Sequence record: NZ_CP094333.1
DNA from: a plasmid
DNA length: 64,000 nucleotides
Direction: 5' to 3' (one strand)
Every line of letters starts with the position of its first letter. Positions within the stretch are counted from its first letter, which is position 1. The notes under the pieces were generated by a model. That model was given only the letters and a program-made list of their open reading frames with translations. It did not search any database and had not been told where the DNA came from. Shown here in pieces: positions 30,927 to 40,939 of this stretch. A program made the translations under genes and the position numbers.

Positions 30927-31703
30927 TCAGCCCCTGATTTTTGCCGGGGCATCCGCCATGCTGCGGATTTCGGCCCGGGCTTCCCGGACCACCTCCCGCA
31001 GAACACCACGGTCAAACCACCGGCGGGGCGGTTCATCCGGTATACGCAGCACATCGCAGGCCAGCCCACTGGACAGGATATGCTCCACACACTCACTGAC
31101 CAGATACATTTCCACCGCCGAAAAACGTGCTCCCCGGTTCAGGATGGCATCGAGCACCACGGGCAGGTTTTCGTCGTCTTCATCGAGCCAGCAGGGGTGA
31201 TCGCTTTCCTTCACAACCAGGCGAAAGCGGCGCGTCTGGCGGGTCAGCAACGTCTGACCGGTTGTGGTCAGCGCCGCCCTGATACGCTGCGCATCTTCTG
31301 CCACCCGGCAACTGACACTGCGTACCGCATCGCGCACTGCATCAAGAACTGCCCTGATTTCGTCTTCGGTCAGCCATTCTCCGGCATACGGGAAAAACAC
31401 CTGTGTTCCGTCTGCCGGAAGTACCGGCAGCGACTGCCACTGACTGCCAGACAGTACCAGTTCCGCCCCGGTTCCGGTCAGTTTCTGAATGGCGGAGGCC
31501 AGGAGCGGCGGCAGTACGCCGCCGTGACGGTTGATGAGTAACATCGCCAGCCGGGGCGCATCCAGCAGAACATAAATGCTGATCCAGCCCGGATACTTCG
31601 GGTTCCGCTGGTCAACATCCGTCTCTTCCGGCCAGCCCTGCGCCAGCAGCAGGTTGCGGGCGTGACGACAAATCAGTGCGTTCAGTGTTGTGTTTTCGTT
31701 CAT
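30927..31703 (-). CDS. Hypothetical leading-region protein (258 aa)
   Basis: ORF only. Confidence 0.45.
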   Translation of the reverse strand: MNENTTLNALICRHARNLLLAQGWPEETDVDQRNPKYPGWISIYVLLDAPRLAMLLINRHGGVLPPLLASAIQKLTGTGAELVLSGSQWQSLPVLPADGTQVFFPYAGEWLTEDEIRAVLDAVRDAVRSVSCRVAEDAQRIRAALTTTGQTLLTRQTRRFRLVVKESDHPCWLDEDDENLPVVLDAILNRGARFSAVEMYLVSECVEHILSSGLACDVLRIPDEPPRRWFDRGVLREVVREARAEIRSMADAPAKIRG

Positions 31704-31748
31704 GATTAATCGTTCTCCCTGAATCGCCGCCCGGAGGCGGCGATAACA

Positions 31749-32183
31749 TCAGTCGTTTTCGTGTCTATTGTTTTTCAGCAGGGTGCGGGCCTGATTAATC
31801 ACCGCCTGACGGCGGGTGACGCATTCCGGGACGGCGAGGCCATGATCCCGGGCGGCCCATTCACGTTTCCACAATGCCTGTTCAGCGGTCTGAATCAGGG
31901 ACGCCAGCAGTTCAGCAGGGACGGTCACCTGGCGGTTTTCGCTCACGTTATTGATGATCTCCATCGCCACGCCGGAAGAAATACCGGATTCAGTCCGCTG
32001 GTCTTCCGGGATGTCCTCCAGGCGCGCCAGGACGGTTCTGATTTCATGATCGGACAGGGAAATATCCATTCCGTCAGCGAGGGCCTGAATCTCTTCCGGG
32101 GACCAGATAACCAGCATCAGCGGCATGTCTCCCGGATACTTTACTGCCAGCTCCCGGCATAGCGTTTCGCATGTTCCGTACAT
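31749..32183 (-). CDS. Acidic leading-region protein (DUF1380-like), paralogue of 29621-30043
   Basis: 144 aa. Confidence 0.5.
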   Translation of the reverse strand: MYGTCETLCRELAVKYPGDMPLMLVIWSPEEIQALADGMDISLSDHEIRTVLARLEDIPEDQRTESGISSGVAMEIINNVSENRQVTVPAELLASLIQTAEQALWKREWAARDHGLAVPECVTRRQAVINQARTLLKNNRHEND

Positions 32184-32196
32184 TCTCGTCTCCTTC

Positions 32197-32418
32197 TCAA
32201 TCTTTAAAGCACGCTTCCAGTTCCAGAATTTCGGTATATGCCTCCATCAGGAGGCGGTTTGCGCGAAACAGCGTCTGACGCACCAGACGTTCCGGCAGGG
32301 TGTCGGCATTAAAGCTGTACCGCTGCTCCATCTCATTCATGGTTGTACGCAGGTCGCACATGGCATTGGCCACCTCCGCCACTTCGGCGCGCAGTTTTTC
32401 GTGTCCTGCATAGTTCAT
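32197..32418 (-). CDS. Hypothetical small protein (73 aa) coupled to the methyltransferase gene
   Basis: taaATG junction with the upstream gene. Confidence 0.4.
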   Translation of the reverse strand: MNYAGHEKLRAEVAEVANAMCDLRTTMNEMEQRYSFNADTLPERLVRQTLFRANRLLMEAYTEILELEACFKD

Positions 32419-33102
32419 TTACGCAGCCTCCGGCATAAACCAGTCATCATTCGCGGCCCCCTGCTGCATGGCCCGTTGCACGGCGGCAAGGCGTTGCTGC
32501 CCGGCACGGTGATACTGCTCAAGCAGCTCGATACCGATATACCGGCGTCCGGACTGGAGGGCGGCGACGCAGGTTGAGCCGCTGCCTGCAAACGGGTCCA
32601 GCACAATTGCGTTCGGGTGTGTGAAGTTCTCAATCAGCGGTTGCAGGCTGGTAACGGGCTTTTCCGTCGGGTGATGGCGATTGCCCGAATATTTCCAGCC
32701 CAGCACGTCCGGCAGCGGGTTTTGTGGCAGACGTGGACGGCCTTTTGCCAGGATGTAGGCGCATTCGTGGCGATAGCCCACATATGCGGCCTTCGATGTG
32801 TAGTTTTTGGTGAAGACCAGGTGACCAACAACGCTGAATCCCGCATTTTTCCAGGCGGCCATAAAGCGATCGACGCGGTTCCAGCCGTAGAAGCTCACCA
32901 TTAACGCGTCTTTTTTCAGCACGCGGAACATTTCATTACAGGCCGGTTGCAGCCATTCATCGGTTTTATCGCCGGCGATGGTGCGCCCGGAACGGTCACG
33001 GAAACCGACGAGATATGGCGGGTCGGTGAGGATGAAATCAATGGCGTTATCAGGGATACGGGCCATAACATCGATGCAGTTACCGAGGACAAAACGGGAC
33101 AT
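32419..33102 (-). CDS. Orphan DNA methyltransferase (N6-adenine/N4-cytosine, beta class)
   Basis: DPPY catalytic motif followed by the FAGSGST SAM-binding motif. No adjacent restriction gene. Confidence 0.8.
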   Translation of the reverse strand: MSRFVLGNCIDVMARIPDNAIDFILTDPPYLVGFRDRSGRTIAGDKTDEWLQPACNEMFRVLKKDALMVSFYGWNRVDRFMAAWKNAGFSVVGHLVFTKNYTSKAAYVGYRHECAYILAKGRPRLPQNPLPDVLGWKYSGNRHHPTEKPVTSLQPLIENFTHPNAIVLDPFAGSGSTCVAALQSGRRYIGIELLEQYHRAGQQRLAAVQRAMQQGAANDDWFMPEAA

Positions 33103-33486
33103 AACAACACTCCTTTTTTCACAGAGGGCACCGGGAGGGCCCCCCTGTGGTGCCCGTTCCCCGCTGCCTGTGGGCTGTTCACCGCGTCCGGTAACGGGTC
33201 AGGCCGACCGTGGAATATCGCAGCCGTCGTCTTTTTGACGGCGAGAATATGCCGCGAAAGCGGCTTGAAGGGCGTTCATCAGAAAAGGGCGACGGGCTGG
33301 CGTACACTGTCACCGGTGCCAGCCGGGAGCGGTAAAAGCGCCCGTCCCGTGCCCGCCGGACGCGGGACACTGACCACAGGCAGCGTTTATGCCGCGCCGC
33401 GTCAGCCGGCGCAGTAAAAAGAGGAGCACGGCGACATCCTTTGTCGGAAAAGAAACGGGCGGTTGCCCGCCCGTCTCCGTCATACT

Positions 33487-34413
33487 TCATCCCCCGTAAT
33501 GCGCCACCTTGTCGACTATCCACGCAGGTCCTGTGACTTCCGGCAGCTCATCGTCATCTGTCGGGGAAGACCATTCCAGTTCCCCCCACAGCACATCAAC
33601 GAGCTCTCCGCGCTCATACAACTGCCAGCCACAGAAATTGCAGCCCTGTTCGGCGTACCAGTGCTCCAGCGTGCAGCCGAAACGGCGGCTTAATGCTGCA
33701 ACAACGTCGCTTTCCGGCTGACACCACGGCGTGTCGAAATCAACCTGAATGAAGTTGTCTCCCTGACTACTGATATTCAGGTCATACCCACAAGGCCACT
33801 TCACGCCATACCGTTCTGTATACCAGTGATATGCAGAAGGAACACCGTTCAGAACACCACCATTAAAGCCATTCACTTCAACATCCAGGCGGGTCGGCAG
33901 AACCGTCAGCAGGTCAAACGGCATGGTTTTTTCCGGCAGTACGTTGTCACACAGACGGTTCCACCACACCGATACATCCTCGTTACCCCAGATGTCACAC
34001 CAGTCACCTCTTTTTGCGGTGAAATGCACAGTGATAGTTTCCCTGACATCATCCGGTAACTCTTCCCAGCGACGCTGTCCAGTACCGCTCTGCAGCCAGA
34101 GTTCATGCAGCATCAGGCAGTTTTGCTCATCCAGCAGTACACCGTTCTGCAGGTGTGTCAGCCAGCGGGTGAACGCGATATTTTCCGGTGATACAGCACC
34201 ACGTCCGGCAACCGTCACTCCGGGGCACTGCTCAGAGCGGATATTTTCAGTGATCTGCAGAAGTCCGGCACTTCCGGCCAGAAACAGCTGAATACCTTCA
34301 TTTGTGGCGCGGCGATAAAGCGGTGTGACTGCACCGCTGGCCAGTCGTTTAATCTCAGCGATCTGTGCTGGTTCACCAGAAAAATACATACGATTCGAGC
34401 ACCAGTTTGGCAT
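33487..34413 (-). CDS. Hypothetical leading-region protein (308 aa from MPNWC)
   Basis: RBS gagaggag before the ATG. The upstream extension of the ORF is probably not translated. Confidence 0.45.
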   Translation of the reverse strand: MPNWCSNRMYFSGEPAQIAEIKRLASGAVTPLYRRATNEGIQLFLAGSAGLLQITENIRSEQCPGVTVAGRGAVSPENIAFTRWLTHLQNGVLLDEQNCLMLHELWLQSGTGQRRWEELPDDVRETITVHFTAKRGDWCDIWGNEDVSVWWNRLCDNVLPEKTMPFDLLTVLPTRLDVEVNGFNGGVLNGVPSAYHWYTERYGVKWPCGYDLNISSQGDNFIQVDFDTPWCQPESDVVAALSRRFGCTLEHWYAEQGCNFCGWQLYERGELVDVLWGELEWSSPTDDDELPEVTGPAWIVDKVAHYGG

Positions 34414-34767
34414 GGGAATTCTCCTCTCACATGCGGCCTCCATCAGGCCGTGCCGCACCTGTAACCGGGCGACCGCATACGAATGCAGGTGCGGCCCCGA
34501 AGCCGCAGCGCGTGGAGGAGGAACGACGAAACGTGACCGGGTGAGGAGGCCGGCGACAGCGACACACTTGCATCGGATGCAGCCCGGTTAACGTGCCGGC
34601 ACGGCCTGGGTAACCAGGTATTTTGTCCACAGAACCGTGCGCAAAATGCTGTGGATAAGCTGGACACAGCAGTCCACAGCAGGCATACAGCCACACGCTC
34701 AGAGAATTGAGCGTTTTTTAGTCACAATAATGACATTTGACTGTGTGTGGATTCAGTTATTAGAATA

Positions 34768-34783
34768 CTGTATATGCATACAG
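34768..34783. promoter_or_regulatory. LexA (SOS) box upstream of impC
   Basis: CTGTATATGCATACAG fits the CTGT-N8-ACAG consensus, 24 bp before the impC RBS. Confidence 0.75.
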
Positions 34784-34806
34784 CAATAGAAAAGGGAGAT
34801 GAGAAC

Positions 34807-35055
34807 ATGATCCGCATTGAAATTCTTTTCGACCGCCAGAGCACAAAAAACCTCAAATCAGGCACACTTCAGGCGCTACAGAATGAAATCGAACAACGTC
34901 TGAAACCACACTACCCGGAAATCTGGCTGCGTATAGACCAGGGCAGCGCCCCGTCTGTATCTGTCACAGGAGCCCGCAACGACAAGGATAAAGAACGTAT
35001 CCTGTCTCTGCTGGAAGAAATCTGGCAGGACGACAGCTGGCTGCCTGCAGCATGA
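34807..35055 (+). CDS. impC: ImpC (DinI-family SOS regulator)
   Basis: MIRIEILFDRQ...WQDDSWL is DinI-like. RBS gggag. First gene of impCAB. Confidence 0.8.
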   Translation: MIRIEILFDRQSTKNLKSGTLQALQNEIEQRLKPHYPEIWLRIDQGSAPSVSVTGARNDKDKERILSLLEEIWQDDSWLPAA

Positions 35056-35489
35056 GTACCGTTTATCACCGTCCGGCTGACCCTTCAGGCGATGACAGTT
35101 ACGTGCGACCGTTGTTTGCCGATCGTTGCCAGGCCGGTTTTCCTTCGCCTGCCACTGATTATGCTGAGCAGGAACTGGATCTGAACAGCTATTGCATCAG
35201 CAGACCTGCAGCCACCTTCTTTCTGCGCGCCAGCGGTGAATCGATGAACCAGGCTGGCGTGCAGAATGGTGATCTGCTGGTAGTGGACAGGGCCGAGAAA
35301 CCACAACACGGGGACATCGTTATCGCTGAGATCGACGGTGAGTTCACCGTCAAACGACTGCTGTTGCGCCCACGCCCGGCACTGGAGCCGGTTTCAGACA
35401 GCCCGGAATTCCGCACACTGTATCCGGAAAACATCTGTATTTTTGGTGTTGTCACTCACGTGATACACAGGACGCGGGAGTTACGCTGA
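35052..35489 (+). CDS. impA: ImpA (UmuD'-like S24 peptidase; Pol V accessory subunit)
   Basis: LexA-like S24 domain (FFLRASGESM...GDIVIAEIDGEFTVKRL). Overlaps impC by 4 bp. Confidence 0.85.
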   Translation: MSTVYHRPADPSGDDSYVRPLFADRCQAGFPSPATDYAEQELDLNSYCISRPAATFFLRASGESMNQAGVQNGDLLVVDRAEKPQHGDIVIAEIDGEFTVKRLLLRPRPALEPVSDSPEFRTLYPENICIFGVVTHVIHRTRELR

Positions 35490-36760
35490 TGTTTGCACTG
35501 GCTGATATCAACAGTTTCTACGCCTCATGTGAAAAAGTTTTCCGCCCGGACCTTCGCAACGAACCGGTCATCGTACTCAGCAATAACGATGGCTGTGTGA
35601 TCGCGCGCAGCCCGGAGGCAAAAGCCCTTGGCATCAGAATGGGGCAGCCCTGGTTTCAGGTGAGACAGATGCGCCTGGAGAAGAAAATACATGTATTTTC
35701 CAGCAATTATGCGCTGTACCACAGCATGAGCCAACGGGTCATGGCTGTTCTGGAGTCGCTTTCTCCCGCAGTTGAGCCCTACTCAATTGATGAAATGTTC
35801 ATTGATTTGCGGGGGATAAATCATTGCATCTCTCCGGAGGTTTTTGGTCATCAGCTCAGGGAACAGGTAAAGAGCTGGACAGGACTCACCATGGGGGTGG
35901 GCATTGCGCCTACAAAAACGCTGGCTAAAAGTGCACAGTGGGCAACAAAGCAATGGCCACAGTTTTCCGGAGTGGTCGCGCTGACGGCAGAAAACCGTAA
36001 TCGGACCTTGAAGCTACTGGGGCTGCAGCCAGTTGGTGAGGTCTGGGGAGTAGGACGCAGACTGACGGAAAAGCTGAATGCGCTGGGTATTAACACAGCA
36101 CTGCAGCTGGCGCAGGCTAACACGGCATTCATCCGGAAAAACTTCAGCGTCATTCTTGAGCGTACGGTACGCGAACTCAACGGCGAGTCCTGCATATCCC
36201 TGGAAGAAGCACCACCGGCAAAACAGCAGATTGTCTGTAGTCGCAGTTTTGGTGAACGAATCACAGACAAAGATGCCATGCACCAGGCTGTTGTTCAGTA
36301 TGCAGAGCGGGCCGCAGAGAAACTACGTGGGGAGCGTCAGTATTGCCGGCAGGTGACGACATTTGTACGGACATCCCCCTTTGCAGTAAAAGAACCCTGT
36401 TACAGCAATGCCGCTGTGGAAAAGCTTCCATTACCCACACAGGACAGCCGGGACATTATTGCCGCAGCATGCAGAGCGTTAAACCATGTCTGGCGTGAAG
36501 GGTACCGCTATATGAAGGCAGGAGTCATGCTGGCTGATTTCACACCATCGGGTATAGCGCAGCCGGGATTATTTGATGAGATCCAGCCCCGTAAAAACAG
36601 CGAAAAGTTAATGAAAACACTCGATGAACTGAACCAGTCTGGAAAAGGGAAAGTGTGGTTTGCGGGGCGAGGAACCGCCCCTGAATGGCAAATGAAACGG
36701 GAAATGCTCTCGCCTTCGTATACAACACAATGGACTGAGATCCCCATTGCTTCATTCTGA
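35489..36760 (+). CDS. impB: ImpB (UmuC-like Y-family error-prone DNA polymerase)
   Basis: MFALADINSFYASCEKVFRP... is the Y-family polymerase N-terminus. Confidence 0.85.
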   Translation: MFALADINSFYASCEKVFRPDLRNEPVIVLSNNDGCVIARSPEAKALGIRMGQPWFQVRQMRLEKKIHVFSSNYALYHSMSQRVMAVLESLSPAVEPYSIDEMFIDLRGINHCISPEVFGHQLREQVKSWTGLTMGVGIAPTKTLAKSAQWATKQWPQFSGVVALTAENRNRTLKLLGLQPVGEVWGVGRRLTEKLNALGINTALQLAQANTAFIRKNFSVILERTVRELNGESCISLEEAPPAKQQIVCSRSFGERITDKDAMHQAVVQYAERAAEKLRGERQYCRQVTTFVRTSPFAVKEPCYSNAAVEKLPLPTQDSRDIIAAACRALNHVWREGYRYMKAGVMLADFTPSGIAQPGLFDEIQPRKNSEKLMKTLDELNQSGKGKVWFAGRGTAPEWQMKREMLSPSYTTQWTEIPIASF

Positions 36761-36764
36761 TATA

Positions 36765-37193
36765 TCAGAATAATTTTTGCATTTTAAGGCGCACATCATT
36801 CATTGCCTCCTGCACCGAATCAGTAGCAGAAGGAGGCATTTTTTCAGCAGATTGCAAAGCACCGAGTTCAGTCAACACAGCTCTGATATCGGCCTGAGAA
36901 GGCTTCCATCCTGTCGTCTGACTGAGTAAGGTTACAACCTGATCTGCTGAAAACTCCTCGCTCAAAATGGCAGTCAGCAATACAGGCAGGCGAGGATCAA
37001 GTTGGTGTAACGCCATTCCAGAAATAAATGCATTCCGGAACAGCTCACCACGCTCAGAACGCGGAACGGACTCTATCGCTTCCAAAGTTTGAAAGTCTGC
37101 AGCTTTTTCCGGATGCAGATAAAGTGTGAATTTTTTCCTTTTCCGTTCATCGTCCACAATATTACTCCTCTTTGAAAGCCGCGATAGCTTCAA
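36765..37193 (-). CDS. stbB: Putative ParR/StbB-like partition adaptor
   Basis: 142-aa ORF immediately downstream of the parM/stbA homologue and overlapping it. Confidence 0.45.
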   Translation of the reverse strand: MKLSRLSKRSNIVDDERKRKKFTLYLHPEKAADFQTLEAIESVPRSERGELFRNAFISGMALHQLDPRLPVLLTAILSEEFSADQVVTLLSQTTGWKPSQADIRAVLTELGALQSAEKMPPSATDSVQEAMNDVRLKMQKLF

Positions 37194-38132
37194 CCAGTGC
37201 TGTCTGTGGCGACTCCATCATCACTACTTTTTGCCCAAGATGGTGCCATGCCGTTTTTATCGAATCATAGATCAACGGGGCCCCACCACCGACAACATAA
37301 ACACGATTCACATGATGAAAATCACCGAGCTCATTGACTACTTGCTCCCCCAGACTGGCAATAGCCCCCTCAATGGTATTAAGGACCAGATCAGTTTTTG
37401 TTTCGTCATTTATAACCTGCCGAACAAAGTCCGGGTCATTACGACGTTTAATCAATTCATCTGCAACGAGGAAACTGGTATCACTGGATGCCATGCGCAA
37501 TGCACTCATTGCAGCTTTCGTAACTGAAGACACACCAATGCCAGAATTACCATGAATGGCACTTACAGAGTCAAATTGACCAACGATAACACCAACATCA
37601 AGCGTAGTGCCGCCAATATCAACTACCAGCGATTTTTCGAACTGACCAACTTTATCCATGACCAGACGAGAAAACACAGCTGGCAATGATTCAGGCATCA
37701 CATCAACGTGTTCAATGGTGAAAACATCGCCTTTATTAAGACGAATCGGCCTCATTAAATTCTCAATTTTACGCTGAATGTTGAGTTCATTTTTTGACAC
37801 TCTTTCGTGTAGAACTCACTGATAGGCAAAGTCACAGTCAATGATACAGGCTGAGGCGCTAATCCACTATTCAGTAAAGCGTGATGCACAGCTAACAGGT
37901 TAACATCCGTATATTGATACTCAATATGAGTCGTAAGAATAGATTGGTTGCTAACTTCATCATACGTGTATTTTTTACCATCCAGTTCATAGTTAAATGT
38001 CTGGCGAATCCCTAACCCGTCAACCTTCCATCCATGACGAAATGAGTTTTGCGACAACGACTTACAGATTTTCCCATTGTCATTCCATGCCAACTTGATT
38101 GTTGTTGAACCATCATCGCAGTATACGTTCAT
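37162..38132 (-). pseudogene. stbA: ParM/StbA actin-like partition ATPase, split by a frameshift at a T6/A6 tract (37790-37795)
   Basis: N-terminal ORF 37755-38132 (MNVYCDDGSTTIKLAW...) and C-terminal ORF 37162-37800 (...VVDIGGTTLDVG...VYVVGGGA) both align to ParM in adjacent frames. Confidence 0.6.
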
Positions 38133-38360
38133 CTATAGCCCCTTAAATACTCAATCTGAGTAAATCACTGTTTCTGGTTGCAAGGTAATACTCAATTTGA
38201 GCACTATCATAGTTATGAAATCACAAAACACAAGTAATATTTATTACATCATATGACATACTTCATATTTCATACTTCACAAATATGAATGCATGTTGAC
38301 ACATCAGGTTACCGTGTCAAAATATCATCATACTTCACACATCACATTTATGAGGTTGCA
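38133..38360. promoter_or_regulatory. Iteron-containing intergenic region (candidate parC centromere and promoters) between divergent stbA and the parA-like gene
   Basis: Repeats atactcaatctgagtaaatcac / atactcaatttgagcactatc and catacttcatatttcatacttcaca / catacttcacacatcaca. Confidence 0.5.
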
Positions 38361-39005
38361 ATGATTACTGTAGTTGGTGGGAACAAAGGTGGTTCAGGGA
38401 AAACTACCATTGCATCAAACCTGGCTATTGCTCTCGCAAATAAAGGAAGGGAAGTCTGCCTGTTAAACGGAGATCTACAACGAACAGCCGCAAAACATCA
38501 TGCGGAACGAGAAGCTGCAGGACTGTTACCAGCAATAACCCTTGTTGAGAAATTTGATAACCTGACACAAACACTACAGGCTCTGAATGAAAAGTTCGAT
38601 GATGTAATAGTGGATGTCGCAGGAAGAAACTCAAAGGAATTCATAACGAGTGGAGTTGTCGCACATCAAATAATTGCGCCACTACAGTGTTCTCAACCAG
38701 ATCTGGATACTCTTACAGAACTAGAACAACAGATAGACGCAATGCGTAACCTTAACCCGGAACTTAAGGTTTATTGTTTACAAAGTATGGCAACAACCAA
38801 TCCGGTTTTGAGGGGAAATGAGAGAAAAGAATTCCTTGAATATCTTGAAGAATTCCCAACAATTCAAGTCCTGGATTCAGTTATTTGTTTCAGAAAAGTC
38901 TATCGCGATTGCATGAGCAACGGCACCGGTGTAGTAGAAACGAACAATACAGCAGCCAGAGCAGAAATTGAACATTTAATGAATGAGGTATTTGGCCCAT
39001 GGTGA
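38361..39005 (+). CDS. parA: Small ParA-family partition ATPase (type Ib, ParF-like)
   Basis: Deviant Walker A GGNKGGSGKTT. Start MITVVGG with RBS gaggttgca. 214 aa. Confidence 0.75.
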   Translation: MITVVGGNKGGSGKTTIASNLAIALANKGREVCLLNGDLQRTAAKHHAEREAAGLLPAITLVEKFDNLTQTLQALNEKFDDVIVDVAGRNSKEFITSGVVAHQIIAPLQCSQPDLDTLTELEQQIDAMRNLNPELKVYCLQSMATTNPVLRGNERKEFLEYLEEFPTIQVLDSVICFRKVYRDCMSNGTGVVETNNTAARAEIEHLMNEVFGPW

Positions 39006-39274
39006 AGAAACCCAGCCAGCAAGCATTAAACAGAGCTGCAGTTACGGTAGAACAAGCAGAGGCTCTGGCTCAGCGCCTTGCGGATAAACCATACGGCGCG
39101 CCGGAAAAACCCGAACCAGAAAAACAATGTCGGACGACAATCTCTCTTGGTGAAAGCATGCTTGTCACAATAGAAGATCTGGCATTGAGGAATAAACGCA
39201 ATGGTAAAGATCCAAAAAATGTAAGTGCCATCGTCAGAGTAGCCCTTGAGCAATACTTAAAAACACTAACGTAA
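38999..39274 (+). CDS. Putative ribbon-helix-helix partition partner (ParG-like)
   Basis: 91 aa, overlaps the parA stop, RHH-like C-terminus (VSAIVRVALEQYLK). Confidence 0.45.
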   Translation: MVKKPSQQALNRAAVTVEQAEALAQRLADKPYGAPEKPEPEKQCRTTISLGESMLVTIEDLALRNKRNGKDPKNVSAIVRVALEQYLKTLT

Positions 39275-39411
39275 TAATCAAGAAGTTATTACTTATGAAA
39301 TCACACTTGTGAATTCACACTGTTTAAGCACCCTTGCATACAAGAGATCACATATTGCAGTGGTCTCTTCTTTTATAGAATAAATCACAATTCATAATTA
39401 TGATTTGTGAC

Positions 39412-40194
39412 TTATGCGTGTCTGTTTTTCAGCATTGTGACAGCATCGGACTCAGGCATCGAAAACTGCACCCTGTGCCTTGCTGCCACATCGAGCGCAA
39501 ACACCTTCGTGTACACCTCTGTCGAACTAATCGACTTGTGCCCCATCAGGCTCTGCAGCACCTTCAGCGGAATACCAGCATACAGCATATGCATCGCGTA
39601 GGAATGGCGGAAAGTATGTGGGGTAACCGGCACAGAGAATGACACCCCGTCAGCGGCCGCATTCTCCACTGCTTCATTCAGCCAGGTCCGTACCGTCCGG
39701 TCAGTGACCTCCCAGATACGCGCCTTTTCGGTTCTGCCGGTACGCTTATTACGTCGCTCGAGCGGAATCTTCAGCGTGGCCACCATCATTTCCAACTGGT
39801 TCACGTACTGGCTGTCTGATAGCGGAACCAGACGATGGGCCTGACTGCCGGCGGGCAGACGTCCTGCTGTTCTGGCAGCCTTCTCGGCACGTTGCTTCAG
39901 CGTGGCCAGCTGTACGAACGGATATGGCGGTGCCAGCGAAAAATCCCCTCGAGTAAGCGCCAGCGCCTCGTTAATGCGGGCGCCCGTATTCCAGAGGGTG
40001 GCCAGCAGCATCTTACGGTGCAGATCGGGCACATAGTGGAGCAGGGCGCTCACTTCCGGCGCCAGCAGGTATTTCGGTAGTTCGTCCTGAACGAGCGCCA
40101 TCTGCCGCAAGGCCAGTGCTGCGGGATAGTCGATGGTCACTGGCAGGGCGGCCATTGGGCCCTGAGAAGTAGCTGAAGGTATGAGGCCAGTCAT
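39412..40194 (-). CDS. resD: Tyrosine site-specific recombinase (ResD-like multimer resolvase)
   Basis: C-terminal catalytic motif HTFRHSYAMHML...GHKSISSTEVYT with Tyr. Confidence 0.8.
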   Translation of the reverse strand: MTGLIPSATSQGPMAALPVTIDYPAALALRQMALVQDELPKYLLAPEVSALLHYVPDLHRKMLLATLWNTGARINEALALTRGDFSLAPPYPFVQLATLKQRAEKAARTAGRLPAGSQAHRLVPLSDSQYVNQLEMMVATLKIPLERRNKRTGRTEKARIWEVTDRTVRTWLNEAVENAAADGVSFSVPVTPHTFRHSYAMHMLYAGIPLKVLQSLMGHKSISSTEVYTKVFALDVAARHRVQFSMPESDAVTMLKNRHA

Positions 40195-40261
40195 GATCGG
40201 TATCTCAGTATCATTAGTTGTTCAGGTAAGTCTGATGGATTTTTCGCGCCGTTTCTGGCTG

Positions 40262-40870
40262 TCAGAAGCTGTCCAGAATTTGATTCCATTCGGCTTTACA
40301 GTCCAGCAGGTACCGGAGGCCATTGTCGACCCCGTCAAGTAAATCGGAAGCCTCTCCCATTTTTTCCCCAAAGCGGCGGGTGTTGACGTAATGAATTCCT
40401 TCAAGGCTCCGGGTGCCGTCATTTCTCCTGGCATATCGGAAATCTGTCGCCCGTTCATCCGCTTGGTGAAGAGCTTTAACCACCTCTTTGACGATTTTAA
40501 AATCGGAAGGCCGGTAGCTGTCATCAACTTCCAGGATCAGCTTTTGTGCCAGCGGCCATAGATTATTCAGGTTATGGTCATCTTTTTTGTACTGGTGTTT
40601 ATTCGGGTCTTCTGCCAGTGCAAGGGCCAGTCCGATAATTTGTTTGATAAGGAGCTCCAAGTGATGTCGGTAGAGAAACAACACCGGATAAACCAGAAAA
40701 TCCTGGTCCCGCCCGGATTCATCAATGTGGTTAATCAGAATATCAGCAGCTCGCCTGTAACCTTCGGTGTAAGCTGTACCATGATCCGGCATGTAATTCA
40801 GGCAGGCATTATTGTGCCAGTCGCTGTCGCTGGCCAGCAGCCCCGGTTCTAACGTTTTTCCCTTTTTCAT
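40262..40870 (-). CDS. Hypothetical alpha-helical protein (202 aa) with a C-terminal Rx5H motif (possible HEPN-like)
   Basis: RSLEGIH near the C-terminus. Second gene of a two-gene minus-strand operon. Confidence 0.4.
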   Translation of the reverse strand: MKKGKTLEPGLLASDSDWHNNACLNYMPDHGTAYTEGYRRAADILINHIDESGRDQDFLVYPVLFLYRHHLELLIKQIIGLALALAEDPNKHQYKKDDHNLNNLWPLAQKLILEVDDSYRPSDFKIVKEVVKALHQADERATDFRYARRNDGTRSLEGIHYVNTRRFGEKMGEASDLLDGVDNGLRYLLDCKAEWNQILDSF

Positions 40871-40939
40871 TTCAACTCCAGAATCTTTTAACAGCCCCGG
40901 TTCGGTACCTTATCCGGAAATCCCGCCTACTGTATGTAT

